From a virus: 64,000 nucleotides of DNA. The translations under genes and the position numbers were made by a program. Positions 40,301-51,245 of the stretch are shown piece by piece (position 1 is the first letter of the stretch; every line of letters begins with the position of its first letter). The notes beneath the pieces are model-generated. The model had not been told where the DNA came from and searched no databases. It saw only the letters and a program-made list of their open reading frames with translations. Where the stretch lies: IMG/VR virus record IMGVR_UViG_3300045988_128835; one strand, 5' to 3'.

Positions 40301-43300
40301 AAGGCAGTTCAATTATAGTAGCCGTTTCTCCACCTATATTAAGAGAATACCTTTTAGTGCCATTAGCGTTCGTTTCAGAGCTTATTTGAATAGGAACCAA
40401 TGATTTTATAGAAGATATAAATTTATCGGCTCTAAGACCCGCAATTTCATACCTTTCGTTGCCATCGTTGGATATTCTTCTAACCATCAACGTCTCTGGA
40501 TTCTGGGCGCTATCTATGTTAGCTCCCGGTGTATTGTCAGATTCGTCTAATTCATTTACAAGAGAATCTATATTAGCATCATCCTCTCCAAAATTACTTA
40601 ACGTAGATTCGGAAATACGACCTTTGTCAATAATCCTGTTTTGTTCAATATAAGGAAGGAGATCTGTGATGTTTCCAACCTGACCAAGATCTTCTATGGT
40701 AAATACCGAATCAGCAAGCTTATCTTCGTCAACCTTCTCCCCTTTATCCCGTCTGTTCATTATATCAACATACGAAGAAATAGCATCATCAAGTTCCTTC
40801 CTTTGATCTGGTTCTAAATTGGATTTAGCCATATCAATAATAGCTTTATTATCCTCATACACAGATCTCGGACTTGTAAGCCTATCAGCCTTCTCAGATA
40901 ATGATTTTATGAGATTAACAGGACTGTCACCCAAAGACGATACATAATCATCAAAATCTTGTTTGTATTTATCATACACATCTTTTTCTCTCGCAGTAAG
41001 AAGATCGGCATTACCTGTATATAGTTTATCAATTATAGACTGCCTTACGGCCGGAACCATAATAGGATTGTCCATCGCAGCCTCATAATCTTCATCCGAT
41101 ACAGACTCCGTAAGCGGTGACTCTTTTATATCATCTTCTGCTTCCTTCATCCTATCTTCCCTTACTTTATCAAGAGCATGCATAAAAGCCTTGATAGTCC
41201 AAGCTTCGTCTTCCGAAATCTTACCTTCTGACACAGCTTGATCTACTACCTCATCAGTGTCATATTCACCAACTTTATTAGGCTCTGCAAAATCAGGAAC
41301 CTTGTCATCCCCTTTATAAGGAGTAGACCATAGAGAAGACAGCGCTTTTGAAAATCCCCTGTTTTCCTCAGCTAAGAATCTTTTATCAAGCATCTTAGAC
41401 AAGAAGTTATTCATATTCCTATAGTCCACCAAACTCCTTCGGTATTCATTTACCAAGGATCTCATGGCTTTGTCTTTGGCTGTAAACTTCTTTTCCTGTC
41501 TTGATTTTACATTAAAATAATCATCAAAAGCCACAAGCGTATCATAGGCTTCTATCACATCTTGTGAACTTATGGGAGAAAGAGGAGATGATAAAACAGA
41601 TTCAGTTTTACTTACCAGCTCTTCTATCGAAAACTCTTTTCCTATTAACGTTGATAACTCAGATAACGAATTGTTATAATTGGTTCTAAGACTTTCCAAT
41701 TCTTTGGTTTTTCGTTGTATGGATTCAGCTTGTGGATCTTTCCCTTCTACGTTACGAGGGCGGGTAGCAAGATCTTCTATTTCGGATTCAAGTTCTTCTA
41801 TCCTTGACCGTATGCCACGGATAGCCATCGCCCGCTCCCTTGCCCTGTCCGACAGCCGGGAGAACGTACTTAGTGCATCTGCCACGCGAGGCTGTCCTGA
41901 AAGCGTTTCTATGACAGAAGCTATGTCTTTCATTCTTGATTCTGATTGAAGACCAAGGAAGGCATTACGAGCCACGTATTTCCTAAACTCAATCTTAGAA
42001 TCATCACCTATAAGATCTTCGGCAAAACTCTGGGCAGATCTGAAATCCGAAAGACGATTGTTATAATTATCAATAATAGAATCCTTGTATTTCTTTGCCT
42101 CTTCCAAAGACATTCCATTAGCTTCGGCTATTTCCGAAATAGGCATCATATCAATCATCTGCCTAAAATTTTCAGCCGAATCCTCTAAGGTTCCCATTTG
42201 GTTGTCAATAGACATCTTTTCAAACATAGCATCATCAAGCTCCTTGCCAGTCATAGACTGGGCATCGGAACGAACTTGAGGCCCTAAACTCATTGATTTT
42301 TTCAACGTATTCAAAGCCGCCGTGTTAAGATTAGAAGATGCTTTGTTGTATTCATTCACTTGCCTTTCCAGCAAGATCTGACTATTGCTATACTCTTTAA
42401 CCCCAAAGAAGCCTTCCCTCATACCAAACAAAGAACCGATAATAGCACCGATTCCTATTTCAGTCCATCCTTCTTTAGACGTATATTGCTTTTTAAATCC
42501 TTCAGAAATAGCATCAAGAACATCAACGGCTCCGTTCATGGCTACATTATCATATCTTGACTTAACATATTCCTCAGCCGTATTCTGAACAGCACCTTGA
42601 GATCCTTCTTCCCATAAGCCTTCGGACACTGGCCTTTTCATGATATTGAAAACATTGCCTGCTATCTTTTGTCCTATATTGGGATTGGTTATTTTAATAG
42701 CCATCTCTCCCGGCTTCGCAACTTCCGTCCCTAATCCAAATAAATGCTTGTTGAGCTTCTTTTCCAACCCTGGTATAGCCTTGCCTCCTAACCCTATATA
42801 CTTACCAAAAAGAAGCCAGTTAGATAATCCTACTATACCCATATTGGCGGCAAATATAGCACTACCTACATCAGCATTAGAATTACGAAAAACAGCCATT
42901 TCCTCTGCATTGGGATCACGACCATAAATCTTACGATAATAATCCTTGAAATCAGACTCAGATTGCTTCATAAAAGAATTTGCTTCAACCGATGACTCGA
43001 ATCCGGCACTGGTAGCCAACAACGTCATGGTTTTAGCCGCCTCCCCTACATTTCTTCCGGTAGCAACTCCTTTTCTTACATAGTCATTAAACACGCTTTT
43101 AAGGCTTCCTATACCCCTATTTGCAGCTTGCCTTGCTGCTAACTTAGCTCCGATTCTTCCACCTAATTTAGCACCTATATTGCCCAATGATCCAACTCCA
43201 AGTCCTCCGGTCATGTACGCTGATATCATGGCTCCTACGGTAAAAGACATTCCGTTACCAAGGACATCATTCCATAAGAAATTACCGGTATCCTTAAAAA

Positions 43301-43979
43301 GCTTCTGACCGAAATTATAATCTTCTACCTCTTTCTTGTAATAATGGGGAAGAAGCATGTCTATTTGCTGGTCAAGATCACCTACAAACTTATCCATGTT
43401 AGTGTTTAACGCAGCTTTATAACTTCCCTCAGATGCCATATTGATAAGTTTGTCAGGCAATGACACAACTCCTTGTGCACCGTACAATGCAGACTTTAAA
43501 GCGAATTTGCCTACACCATTCCAAAACTTACTCCATCCGCTCTGTCTCCTGGCATAATAATCCTCATTATTTATACCCGGAATATAGTTGGGATATTTTG
43601 TACGCCATACCCCATCATTACCCATCTGATGACTTTCACGGATACTTACCTTCGGTCCATAGGGATTAAGAGGCGGCGGGGCAGGTGTAGCCCCCCTGTA
43701 GCTGTTACGAGCCAGTGCCTCCGAGTAGCTGTTGCTTATCTCTTTGGCTATATACGGTTCTTCGTATTCGGCAGCAGCTATCCTTGATGCGTAATCCGGG
43801 AATTTAGGTTGGGCATACACACCTTCACCAGGTATATAATTAGGAACCAGAGGTGTTGTCGTCTCTGGTAATGTAGCCGGAGTGTAATTCTCTTCTTCGG
43901 CTAATTTCCTTTGCCTTGCCACATCTTCGTAAGTGGTTTTAGCAGCAGTATTATATCTATCTATATTATTGTCAGCCAT
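37338..43979 (-). CDS. giant virion protein (2213 aa) with Gly-rich segments and a charged low-complexity region
   Basis: 6.6-kb ORF; no RNA polymerase motif recognised. Confidence 0.8.
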   Translation of the reverse strand: MADNNIDRYNTAAKTTYEDVARQRKLAEEENYTPATLPETTTPLVPNYIPGEGVYAQPKFPDYASRIAAAEYEEPYIAKEISNSYSEALARNSYRGATPAPPPLNPYGPKVSIRESHQMGNDGVWRTKYPNYIPGINNEDYYARRQSGWSKFWNGVGKFALKSALYGAQGVVSLPDKLINMASEGSYKAALNTNMDKFVGDLDQQIDMLLPHYYKKEVEDYNFGQKLFKDTGNFLWNDVLGNGMSFTVGAMISAYMTGGLGVGSLGNIGAKLGGRIGAKLAARQAANRGIGSLKSVFNDYVRKGVATGRNVGEAAKTMTLLATSAGFESSVEANSFMKQSESDFKDYYRKIYGRDPNAEEMAVFRNSNADVGSAIFAANMGIVGLSNWLLFGKYIGLGGKAIPGLEKKLNKHLFGLGTEVAKPGEMAIKITNPNIGQKIAGNVFNIMKRPVSEGLWEEGSQGAVQNTAEEYVKSRYDNVAMNGAVDVLDAISEGFKKQYTSKEGWTEIGIGAIIGSLFGMREGFFGVKEYSNSQILLERQVNEYNKASSNLNTAALNTLKKSMSLGPQVRSDAQSMTGKELDDAMFEKMSIDNQMGTLEDSAENFRQMIDMMPISEIAEANGMSLEEAKKYKDSIIDNYNNRLSDFRSAQSFAEDLIGDDSKIEFRKYVARNAFLGLQSESRMKDIASVIETLSGQPRVADALSTFSRLSDRARERAMAIRGIRSRIEELESEIEDLATRPRNVEGKDPQAESIQRKTKELESLRTNYNNSLSELSTLIGKEFSIEELVSKTESVLSSPLSPISSQDVIEAYDTLVAFDDYFNVKSRQEKKFTAKDKAMRSLVNEYRRSLVDYRNMNNFLSKMLDKRFLAEENRGFSKALSSLWSTPYKGDDKVPDFAEPNKVGEYDTDEVVDQAVSEGKISEDEAWTIKAFMHALDKVREDRMKEAEDDIKESPLTESVSDEDYEAAMDNPIMVPAVRQSIIDKLYTGNADLLTAREKDVYDKYKQDFDDYVSSLGDSPVNLIKSLSEKADRLTSPRSVYEDNKAIIDMAKSNLEPDQRKELDDAISSYVDIMNRRDKGEKVDEDKLADSVFTIEDLGQVGNITDLLPYIEQNRIIDKGRISESTLSNFGEDDANIDSLVNELDESDNTPGANIDSAQNPETLMVRRISNDGNERYEIAGLRADKFISSIKSLVPIQISSETNANGTKRYSLNIGGETATIIELPYHARWSIDKESARVLNRYTDVSIQDVGNSYSLVYKRLDSDELVPYRTGVGFGENEVDKIDQEALSSLKKGDKVNLEIDVNDTYNQSLFAEYNDAVQSGDKKRIESAENKLVSNMVIKVMSGNRFVSVVKADTGGIDDISKIRRTAFNKWKKDAGRSATIGVGTHVVAQTLPGRPVFNMKVNGQGYGQVENLPITEKGAEKVSDVGYVLNGKVVLKNGSKYTGFPFAYSILNDKGNNYKNVRVPVVVIKGKNGLNYLFPVSLRSVESEEGPKWMSFIDMLLESGDSELLQMGQDDIQDLNAYLTKLGLDPASYQVSYLNPISGLRKAREAIEKLSTVPDVVKWVEDGSRSVKDIVTSEVESGIDFEGEMFVAPKIRIQFGKSSSSPKSLIEDDLPFSDEGKTVTSKEDVDVYEEEMPEEGAVWETQPAPLAQPAPAAQAAQSLPGKKRTSRKNFSLMLNEIESHIEKEGLPPYANIFDFIARKIVGGDLRFLRERGNPKSLKEEMGLEPKGTVGDKISTPSKKGGKTLDEYVSWLRSQTDQVVVDYVGSRSDEQIISELKNFLKYINFVPSKALNYSLRVNGMDTLKEYGTKEEVEKMEYDINSLVSKVLPTVDNQTVEDVSTAIKSNNLPAIWSPVESLNMTNEEKIEFLNNIADFLSGIPGYDTVVESIESESDNILNDGKEGSAEGGAVRTEEDGDKKGDGEGKGQSRTNVEVEGNVELPGSEEGRVDNYRKNGDKFSDIAEVTLWLLRRAAGITSIPEGEEVYVEGDEVNSIMTDMESRYGIDTINHAHTTKAIRGLNDVSGYKVEYGLTFLTYDPFIRISNPRKESKAAKDEPRIFEEPFTYISRVTTPYFLYGGDEAYTSVSAKIEPIPEKIMARNGIKFGMSVTQLTKLGYKKAGGNWIYKFYMNSGVYDLYNISTGEAFRAKPDLGVKISSSAFIRSLSQSGRKIQNMMSNMSQEEIDRNKNLVEGSDNSDSINELNKEC

Positions 43980-46900
43980 AAATTTTCTGCAAAAAATCGT
44001 TCAACTTACTAAACTTGTCATTCATGTTGGGCGTGATATTTATTCCTCTCATATACGGATCCCTCATCTGATCAAGACGTTCTTGAACAGCCTCCTTCAC
44101 GTATTTTACAAAGAAGTACTGAGGACACTTCTGGTGAATGCTATTCCAGTAATCCGCATACTCATCATTACCTGGATCCAAAGGAACAAAATCCGAGAAC
44201 AACAATGCAGGATTTTTAGAATTTTTAGTCCTTTTGTCATAGAAATTGACCGCTACCTCTCTTGAACCCCTATCGTCCATTCCCTCCAACTGAACTGATA
44301 TATTATCAGACATGTCAATAAAATTATCAACAAGGGCTTTAACAACATTCATTTCTTCTGGCTTAAGGTAAGAACCATGAACCTTTACTATATCATAAAG
44401 ATCATTCTTAACATCAGCCTTAGAAGCCAAACGAGGAAGGCCATTACGTATAAGATACTTATCATAAGAATAACCTTCCTTCTTTCCGGTATCTACAAAA
44501 TCACAGGTTTCAAAACTTGATTTGTAGCCATCTACCGGATAATTGCGCTCCTCGACCGAAGGATCTATACCCGCCTTAAGAAGCTCGTCATTCGTAATCT
44601 CAACCCTTTCTGTAACATAAGAATTTTTACCGGAACCTACTTGAGCAGTCAAGAATCTTCTAACGGTGCCATTATCTATCTCGGCATCCATATTAATGGC
44701 ATTAATAGCAGTAGGATCCAGATTATTTACCTTTCCTGCCATGTAACCAGACAATCTTCTAAACTGAGCCTTCTGCAAAGACTTTTCCGGCGAATCGGCA
44801 TTCCAATTGTATCTTTTGTAAGAATCAAGGTAATGATACTGAGATAACTTATCAGAAATCTGATCGGGAGATACAGACATTTTTATCTCATCCTGCATCT
44901 GACTTGCTATCATATCAGACACCCTACTGTTTTTCTCAGCATATCTTAGCTGGGTAATAGTCAATGGTTCACCTTCCTGATAATCTTTTAAATCTATATC
45001 ACCATCCTTATCTATGGTCATATAATCAGATATATTAAAATCAGGATCGCCATTGAGTTTCTTCATTCCATTAATAAGAGCCAATGTACCAGTAGAAGAA
45101 CCATTATTCTCGCTTGTAATAGCATCAGATATGTTTTTCCCCAACTTGCCGGCACTCACCTTAGCTCCTAATGACGGAGATATAGCACTAAGAATATCTA
45201 TTCCTCTTGAAGGATCCATCATGTATTCTCTGAACCCTACGGCATCAGATACACCAGTTGTTATGGCTGTGGCGAGCAGGAAGGCTCCAGCCTTATCATC
45301 TGTATTGGTAAGATTCATAAAAGAATTTCCTTTCATAAACTTAGCATTACGAACTTTCCTGATAATATCCTTATTTTTTTTAGTAACTATATTATCTATT
45401 TGATAATCAGTTATGTTATTTATAGCCTTTGCAGCTCCATTTGCCTTAGAATCAGAAAGAAGTAAAGCATCATAAGCTTCGGACAATCTGTTATTTCCTT
45501 GTCCGAAATATCCGTTTTTCTGACCTCCATTATTTTTTAAATAAGAATATATCCGTTCTTCAGGAGTCATATTAGCATACAATCCTGGGTCAGTTTTTTC
45601 TTCTTCGTATGATGCTGCAACGATATTGCTTCTGTCTGTAGGAGATAATGAATTATATAATTTCAATAAATTTACTCTACGCTCTGTGGAAGAAGATGTG
45701 AGTTGTTCATAAGGGATATTAGCCAAATTAACAGATCCTATCTTACCCGTTCCAGAATTGATAGCCGTAGGCCCGTCTATAGGAGCCATAGGTACTCTCA
45801 TACCGCCTGCGCCTGTTGTGCCTGCGGATGAGCTTTCAGTTCCCATCTTGGAGCCGTAAGTGCGCATGTACTCGGTTTCAATCTTAGCCTGAGCAAGTTT
45901 CTCTTTTGCCAATGATATTTCAACCATAGACTTAGCATTGTCAGTCAAAAACTTTTGCTGAGCCCTATCCTCTTCTAACCTCGCAAAATAAAGATCATCT
46001 TTCTTCCTTTCAAAACTTGTATTGTCGTATCTCCATGCATCAACCATCTTATCGAAAAGATTATTGGTAACAACAAAATTAGCAGCCGCTACCGGATCTG
46101 ATGAAGCTATTATCATATCTGCCTCCCTCTTGGCTTCTGCTTTCTGATTTTTAGCTTCCTGTATCTGACTGTCAATACGATCAATAATATCCTTATTATC
46201 CCCTACTGATTTCTTTTTTGCTTCCAATGCTCCTATATGCCTATCGTATCTTTCGACATAAGACCCAATGTATTGACTAACCAAATCCGGATTACTGAAC
46301 ACCGGATTGGTAGCTGCCATGTATGATGCTTCTATTCTCATCTGATTCATCATGTTTTCAGATAAGTTAGCAGACACAAAATTCCTTATCTGGGAATCTG
46401 TAAGTTCATCTACACTAACTTCTATAATACCACCAGTAGGATTACCTTTAACATCATATTCTGTTGTTTGAATCTTCTTGCCTTCGTTATTTTTCCTAAA
46501 GTCACTAACCAGCTTATTTATCTCCTTAGTATAATCGACATAAGGAGAATAATGAAGACCTCCTAACCTTGATCCTGCTTTACCATCTGACCTCCATTTG
46601 TAATAAGGATCCAAAGCATGCCATTCATTAATAGGAGAATAAAGTTCAGGATGATTCTGTTTTATAGATTCTATTTCCTTCATGACCCTCTTGCCTTCTT
46701 TTGTGCCGGCAATCGCGTTAATGACCGTATCATCCAACACCGAACTAATCTCTCCTTGTATGGCTCTCGTAACACCATCAGAAGAAAGATCCACGCCTTT
46801 GAATTTTTGATTGATGTTAGCAATCACACCTGACATCTTATCCTCCATATAAGCGCGGGCTTCAGGTTTATCTATCTCTTGACCCATGAGGTAATCTACC

Positions 46901-47031
46901 TGGGTATATATCTTTTCACGAGCAGCATCAACCTTCTGCTGTTTGTACATCATGACGTCCTTAACAAGATCTATGTTGTAAGGACTAACATACGGGGCGT
47001 ATTGCCTTAAAATACTATATTGTGAAGCCAC
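43972..47031 (-). CDS. virion protein (1019 aa); contains a single DKDGD pentapeptide
   Basis: Long ORF coupled to its neighbours. Confidence 0.8.
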   Translation of the reverse strand: MASQYSILRQYAPYVSPYNIDLVKDVMMYKQQKVDAAREKIYTQVDYLMGQEIDKPEARAYMEDKMSGVIANINQKFKGVDLSSDGVTRAIQGEISSVLDDTVINAIAGTKEGKRVMKEIESIKQNHPELYSPINEWHALDPYYKWRSDGKAGSRLGGLHYSPYVDYTKEINKLVSDFRKNNEGKKIQTTEYDVKGNPTGGIIEVSVDELTDSQIRNFVSANLSENMMNQMRIEASYMAATNPVFSNPDLVSQYIGSYVERYDRHIGALEAKKKSVGDNKDIIDRIDSQIQEAKNQKAEAKREADMIIASSDPVAAANFVVTNNLFDKMVDAWRYDNTSFERKKDDLYFARLEEDRAQQKFLTDNAKSMVEISLAKEKLAQAKIETEYMRTYGSKMGTESSSAGTTGAGGMRVPMAPIDGPTAINSGTGKIGSVNLANIPYEQLTSSSTERRVNLLKLYNSLSPTDRSNIVAASYEEEKTDPGLYANMTPEERIYSYLKNNGGQKNGYFGQGNNRLSEAYDALLLSDSKANGAAKAINNITDYQIDNIVTKKNKDIIRKVRNAKFMKGNSFMNLTNTDDKAGAFLLATAITTGVSDAVGFREYMMDPSRGIDILSAISPSLGAKVSAGKLGKNISDAITSENNGSSTGTLALINGMKKLNGDPDFNISDYMTIDKDGDIDLKDYQEGEPLTITQLRYAEKNSRVSDMIASQMQDEIKMSVSPDQISDKLSQYHYLDSYKRYNWNADSPEKSLQKAQFRRLSGYMAGKVNNLDPTAINAINMDAEIDNGTVRRFLTAQVGSGKNSYVTERVEITNDELLKAGIDPSVEERNYPVDGYKSSFETCDFVDTGKKEGYSYDKYLIRNGLPRLASKADVKNDLYDIVKVHGSYLKPEEMNVVKALVDNFIDMSDNISVQLEGMDDRGSREVAVNFYDKRTKNSKNPALLFSDFVPLDPGNDEYADYWNSIHQKCPQYFFVKYVKEAVQERLDQMRDPYMRGINITPNMNDKFSKLNDFLQKIYG

Positions 47032-49847
47032 TATTTGGTCCTCCTTCTTCTTTTAGTTTCATCATCTTCTTCATTTAAACTTCTCAAGTAAGGAGTGGAA
47101 TAATCACCCATATTCATCACATCCTGATCACCTTGAACGTAAACAATTTGACCACTTGGAAGCATTCTCATATTCGGAGCTATGGAAGCTATGGTATTCA
47201 ACGATGTACGAACATTGAACTTATTCTGTATCTCACTGTTTATGCTGTCATAATAACGAGCAAGATTTTCATCCCTTATAGCCATAGCCTTCAATAACCC
47301 AGATTCATAACGTTGCCTTTCCACTATGTTCTTATCGTCTGTCTGAACATAAGCCATTTCATTGAATCTATCAGCTTCGTTTATTTGCCTTGCGTTATTG
47401 AAATTTACTTCGTTAATGTACTTGGCTATATTGCTTCCGGCTATGGCGTTCATATTAGCCAGAATAGCAGAGCGCTGGGAGTCGGGCACGTCACCTACTG
47501 CGTCCAACTGAGCCGATGTCGCGCGGTTGAGCTCGTTGATATACTGATCAGCAGATTGGAGAACCGGGTCTATACGTGGTGCTTGATGCCTCTCTAGACC
47601 TTCTATTTCCAAGCCAGTGTCAAGGGTTCTTAGCATTTCCGGGAAGATAGGACCGAACGCCGCCGGTCTGCCCTGTCCTTTAGGTCCATTGTCTGCAACC
47701 ACCTCCTCTGTATCGGTGTCGGTTGCAGTCGTAGGCGTACTTGCTTTCGGTTTTACCTCTATCCTTCCAGGAGATCCAATCTTAGGCGGTGTAAGACCTG
47801 GTGCTATGGGACCGGCCTCAATAGGCTTCATTTCTGGTTTAACAGACTCAAGAACGAAGTCTATTTCCGGCATTAACCCACTATCTTTTAAAGCAACAAA
47901 CTTATTATAATCGGAGCCCAGAATCTTCTTAGCGGCATCAGATTTATCACCAAATAAGTCAACATAATTCTTTATCCCTTTTTCGTTTAACAATCTTTTT
48001 TGCTCTGCTGAAACAACGTCCAATCCATAATAAGAACGGGTGGCTGTTGTCTGACCAAACTTATCATCTACGGCAAATGAATTATAAGCCTGATTCCCTC
48101 CGTAGCTTCCGGCGTCCTGGCCCCAGAATCCGTATTCATCTCTGAATTTCTTGGCTGCATCAGCATTCGTAATAGCGCCTACATCAGCTAACGCCCACAA
48201 TGCATTTAATTGCCTGTTGTATCCTTTCTGGAAACCTTCTGTATCAAAATCACCATCCGTATTGTACTTGTTAGCCCATCGGTTTATGTCGAGCAAATTA
48301 GATACCGCCTTATCATTTACCCTGCCGTATCCTAAATTGCTTCTATGTTGGAGATTCTGGTTGGCATTGACACTGGAATCAGGATTAAGAATCTGCTCAC
48401 GACCACTAACATCAGATACAGTCATATTAAGAGTTCGTCCAAATAACTGATTGATAAGCTTATTGTAGCCGATAGCATTCTTTCTAAGTTCCTCCAGCTC
48501 CTTCTGAGTAGGTCCACCTTCAGCCATTTTTCTGGTTTGCTTAACATACTCGTCATATATCCAGTTCTTAGCATCTGATTCTGCAATATTAAAAGCCTTA
48601 GCTTGTTTCTTTACCTGATTCAGATCAACAACCCCGCCATCCCTGAAAAAAGCATCCATCTTCTCGTTACGCTTAGATTCTTCCTGTTTGCCATAAACGA
48701 TTTCAGCGAAAGAACGAAATTGTGCTTCAAGCTCGTCTATCTCTTTCTGGTTTTCATTGACGTACTTGGAAAGAATAGAAGCATTAAGATTAGATGTGTT
48801 TTTGTCTTTTACATCTTCATTTTTCTCTAATCTCTTATATACACGCTCCTGATCTTCGTACTTATCAGACAAACCAATCTTCTTCTTATATCGATCAAGG
48901 AGTGTAGCATACGTATCTTTTGACGTTGCCTTAATACCATAATTTTCTCTAACGTAAGAGGCAAACTCATCATCTATCTTACGATAATCGGAAACAATAT
49001 AACCCTCTGGCAAATCAACCGGAGTGCCACCATTTTCATGTCTGTTCCCTTTGGCTTCCATAGGACCTACGGAGTCAGGAGTCAGCACGTACTCGCCTTT
49101 CTCTATCTCTACATTCGCAGCATCTTCCATAGACTTAGGAAGAGGATAAATATATTCGCCGGTCATATCAGACGTATCCATCTTCTGACCGTTACCTAAA
49201 TTCACGCCACCACCTTCACGTTCCCACTTGATGAATTGCTGACGACGCTCCTTGGCAAGTTTTTCCCTTGCAGCCTGCTCGTCTCTGCTGGCAGCATATG
49301 CAGCAGATGAAGCTCCCATGATATTACGGGTAAGACCTAATCCTAAACTAACACCAGATAAGGCAGCTTGAGCCACGTTAGCGCCCACCTTATTACCAGC
49401 TCGTATCCTGCCAAGGCTGGATCCGAACATCTGAGCTCTGCTGGTTAGGTCGGGTGAGTAATATGGGATAGTCATAGGATCGAGAGGATTTCCATCCTGT
49501 GATCGCTTTTCTTTTGATTGATTTTCTTCTTTATCAACACTAACAATAGTTCCTTTGGGCATAGACTTAGGATCGAACGTATTGTTATTACTTACATTCA
49601 TAGTCGGAATAGAAGGTTCTTGCATTTTTATAGTAGAATAGTCAGGACCTATAATATTGTCAAATCCCGCCTCCATCATGTCTATTTCCGAATTTATCTC
49701 ACTCATACCAGGAACATTGGACATATCCATATCAATATAAGGATTAGATGTCGTATCAGCCTGTTGTGTAACATCCTGAACACTACCACCAGGAGCGAAT
49801 ACCGGACGATTTTTTATGATTCGTAATCTCATATCATCTTTTTTCAC
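47031..49847 (-). CDS. virion protein (938 aa)
   Basis: Long ORF; overlaps the upstream gene by 1 nt. Confidence 0.8.
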   Translation of the reverse strand: MKKDDMRLRIIKNRPVFAPGGSVQDVTQQADTTSNPYIDMDMSNVPGMSEINSEIDMMEAGFDNIIGPDYSTIKMQEPSIPTMNVSNNNTFDPKSMPKGTIVSVDKEENQSKEKRSQDGNPLDPMTIPYYSPDLTSRAQMFGSSLGRIRAGNKVGANVAQAALSGVSLGLGLTRNIMGASSAAYAASRDEQAAREKLAKERRQQFIKWEREGGGVNLGNGQKMDTSDMTGEYIYPLPKSMEDAANVEIEKGEYVLTPDSVGPMEAKGNRHENGGTPVDLPEGYIVSDYRKIDDEFASYVRENYGIKATSKDTYATLLDRYKKKIGLSDKYEDQERVYKRLEKNEDVKDKNTSNLNASILSKYVNENQKEIDELEAQFRSFAEIVYGKQEESKRNEKMDAFFRDGGVVDLNQVKKQAKAFNIAESDAKNWIYDEYVKQTRKMAEGGPTQKELEELRKNAIGYNKLINQLFGRTLNMTVSDVSGREQILNPDSSVNANQNLQHRSNLGYGRVNDKAVSNLLDINRWANKYNTDGDFDTEGFQKGYNRQLNALWALADVGAITNADAAKKFRDEYGFWGQDAGSYGGNQAYNSFAVDDKFGQTTATRSYYGLDVVSAEQKRLLNEKGIKNYVDLFGDKSDAAKKILGSDYNKFVALKDSGLMPEIDFVLESVKPEMKPIEAGPIAPGLTPPKIGSPGRIEVKPKASTPTTATDTDTEEVVADNGPKGQGRPAAFGPIFPEMLRTLDTGLEIEGLERHQAPRIDPVLQSADQYINELNRATSAQLDAVGDVPDSQRSAILANMNAIAGSNIAKYINEVNFNNARQINEADRFNEMAYVQTDDKNIVERQRYESGLLKAMAIRDENLARYYDSINSEIQNKFNVRTSLNTIASIAPNMRMLPSGQIVYVQGDQDVMNMGDYSTPYLRSLNEEDDETKRRRRTK

Positions 49848-49900
49848 AAAGATAAGAGAAACGAACGAGAAAATCCAACGTTATGGGATACGTTTAAAAA

Positions 49901-50920
49901 TCAATCATGTACGGCAGACAAACCACCCGAATCAGGATCATACTTAAGGCCGCATGCCCGTCGATAGTTTTTAAGCGCTCTCTTGTACAAAAACAGCACC
50001 GTCTTGGAAACTATTTTTTTCATGGACTTGGTTAAAACCTCTTCTGTTGAAACAGACATCAGGCAGCTATTCAAGAACGACCTGACATTGGAACCAAACA
50101 GAGTCTTCACCATTTTTCTGAACGACCTAAAAAGATATGATGCCGAAAGGGCCTTTAATCCATTGCGAACCATCCTCTTATTTAAATACGAAACGGCTTT
50201 GTCAGATAAACATAGTCTATTCTTTCCTTCACTGTCCACCTCTGACGAAAACCAAGAATACAAGGTGGTAGGATGTTTCTTGAGATGATTGATAAAGGAA
50301 GTTATAATACCTTCTTTCAAAGCCCTTTTGTGGGCTACGCATGCAGCAATCTTCTCTTCTCTTTTCAAAGAGCTGTCAAGGCATCTAAACACCGTCCTAT
50401 TGTCTCCGATGAAATACTGAGGACGTTCTTCCTTAAACTTAGCCCGGTATGCGGCATATCCTTCCTTACGGAGCATATCTATCTGAGACCGGATATAGAA
50501 CCTTACACACTTTTCTTCGGCTTCTTGCACGCTTTTAAGATAAGGAACTGACTTTCTTCCATATCGAAGATAGTCATAAACCATAGCCTCTATGAAGTCA
50601 TTGTACGGAAAGAATCTTCCAAAACCAAAGTTCCAAACTATGAAACATCGCACTCTATCTTTCCAGTAATCAGATATGAGAAAGTTGCTACAATATCTCA
50701 ACTCCCTGTCTTTCTGATAGAAATGATGAGTATGTTTGTCATAAAATAGATTAAAATATCTCAAATTGCCTAAACACTGACCGGCTGGACGGCGTACTAC
50801 ATTGTACCCTAAGTTGCTGAAGCTATTGTATATAACTTCTATCGGAGAGACCTGCTCTTTCTTAAAGAGCTTGTCGTGTAACTTGTGAGGATCTATTATT
50901 TCATTTAATTTTGTCTCCAT
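49901..50920 (-). CDS. basic hypothetical protein (339 aa), orphan between the virion genes; weak HUH-like (KHTHHFY) and GIY-like (VIY...GYNV) strings only
   Basis: ORF with no recognisable domain; adjacent to a hairpin-rich non-coding region. Confidence 0.55.
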   Translation of the reverse strand: METKLNEIIDPHKLHDKLFKKEQVSPIEVIYNSFSNLGYNVVRRPAGQCLGNLRYFNLFYDKHTHHFYQKDRELRYCSNFLISDYWKDRVRCFIVWNFGFGRFFPYNDFIEAMVYDYLRYGRKSVPYLKSVQEAEEKCVRFYIRSQIDMLRKEGYAAYRAKFKEERPQYFIGDNRTVFRCLDSSLKREEKIAACVAHKRALKEGIITSFINHLKKHPTTLYSWFSSEVDSEGKNRLCLSDKAVSYLNKRMVRNGLKALSASYLFRSFRKMVKTLFGSNVRSFLNSCLMSVSTEEVLTKSMKKIVSKTVLFLYKRALKNYRRACGLKYDPDSGGLSAVHD

Positions 50921-50987
50921 GATTATTTTATTGTTTTAGTGCAAAGATATGGTTTTTCATCATACGCTCAAAGAAGAAAATGCACGG

Positions 50988-51033
50988 CCTTGTATCCGGT
51001 TTGAGAGAAATAGGATACAAGGTTTTTTGTTTT
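50988..51033 (+). terminator. plus-strand rho-independent terminator (10-bp stem CCTTGTATCC/GGATACAAGG, then TTTTTTGTTTT)
   Basis: Seen directly; oriented against the surrounding minus-strand genes. Confidence 0.5.
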
Positions 51034-51245
51034 ATGACGGTTTGGATAAGAGACGGGAAAACGACTCTGAACGTAACCGCCTGACCGTCAGTGGTGGGAC
51101 AACAAATCTTGAATTAAAACTACGCCTATGAATAGTCTCCGTTTTCCTTAATATTAAGACCATTTTCAATGATCTTACTCATTATATTATTTATATTATT
51201 TTATATACTTTACCATTTATTCATATAATTGTTTATAGTGAATGA

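Noticed and set aside
50949-51131. 60-aa plus-strand ORF in the non-coding tract
   Set aside because: It spans an intrinsic terminator hairpin and has no ribosome binding site or coding signal. Treated as non-coding.
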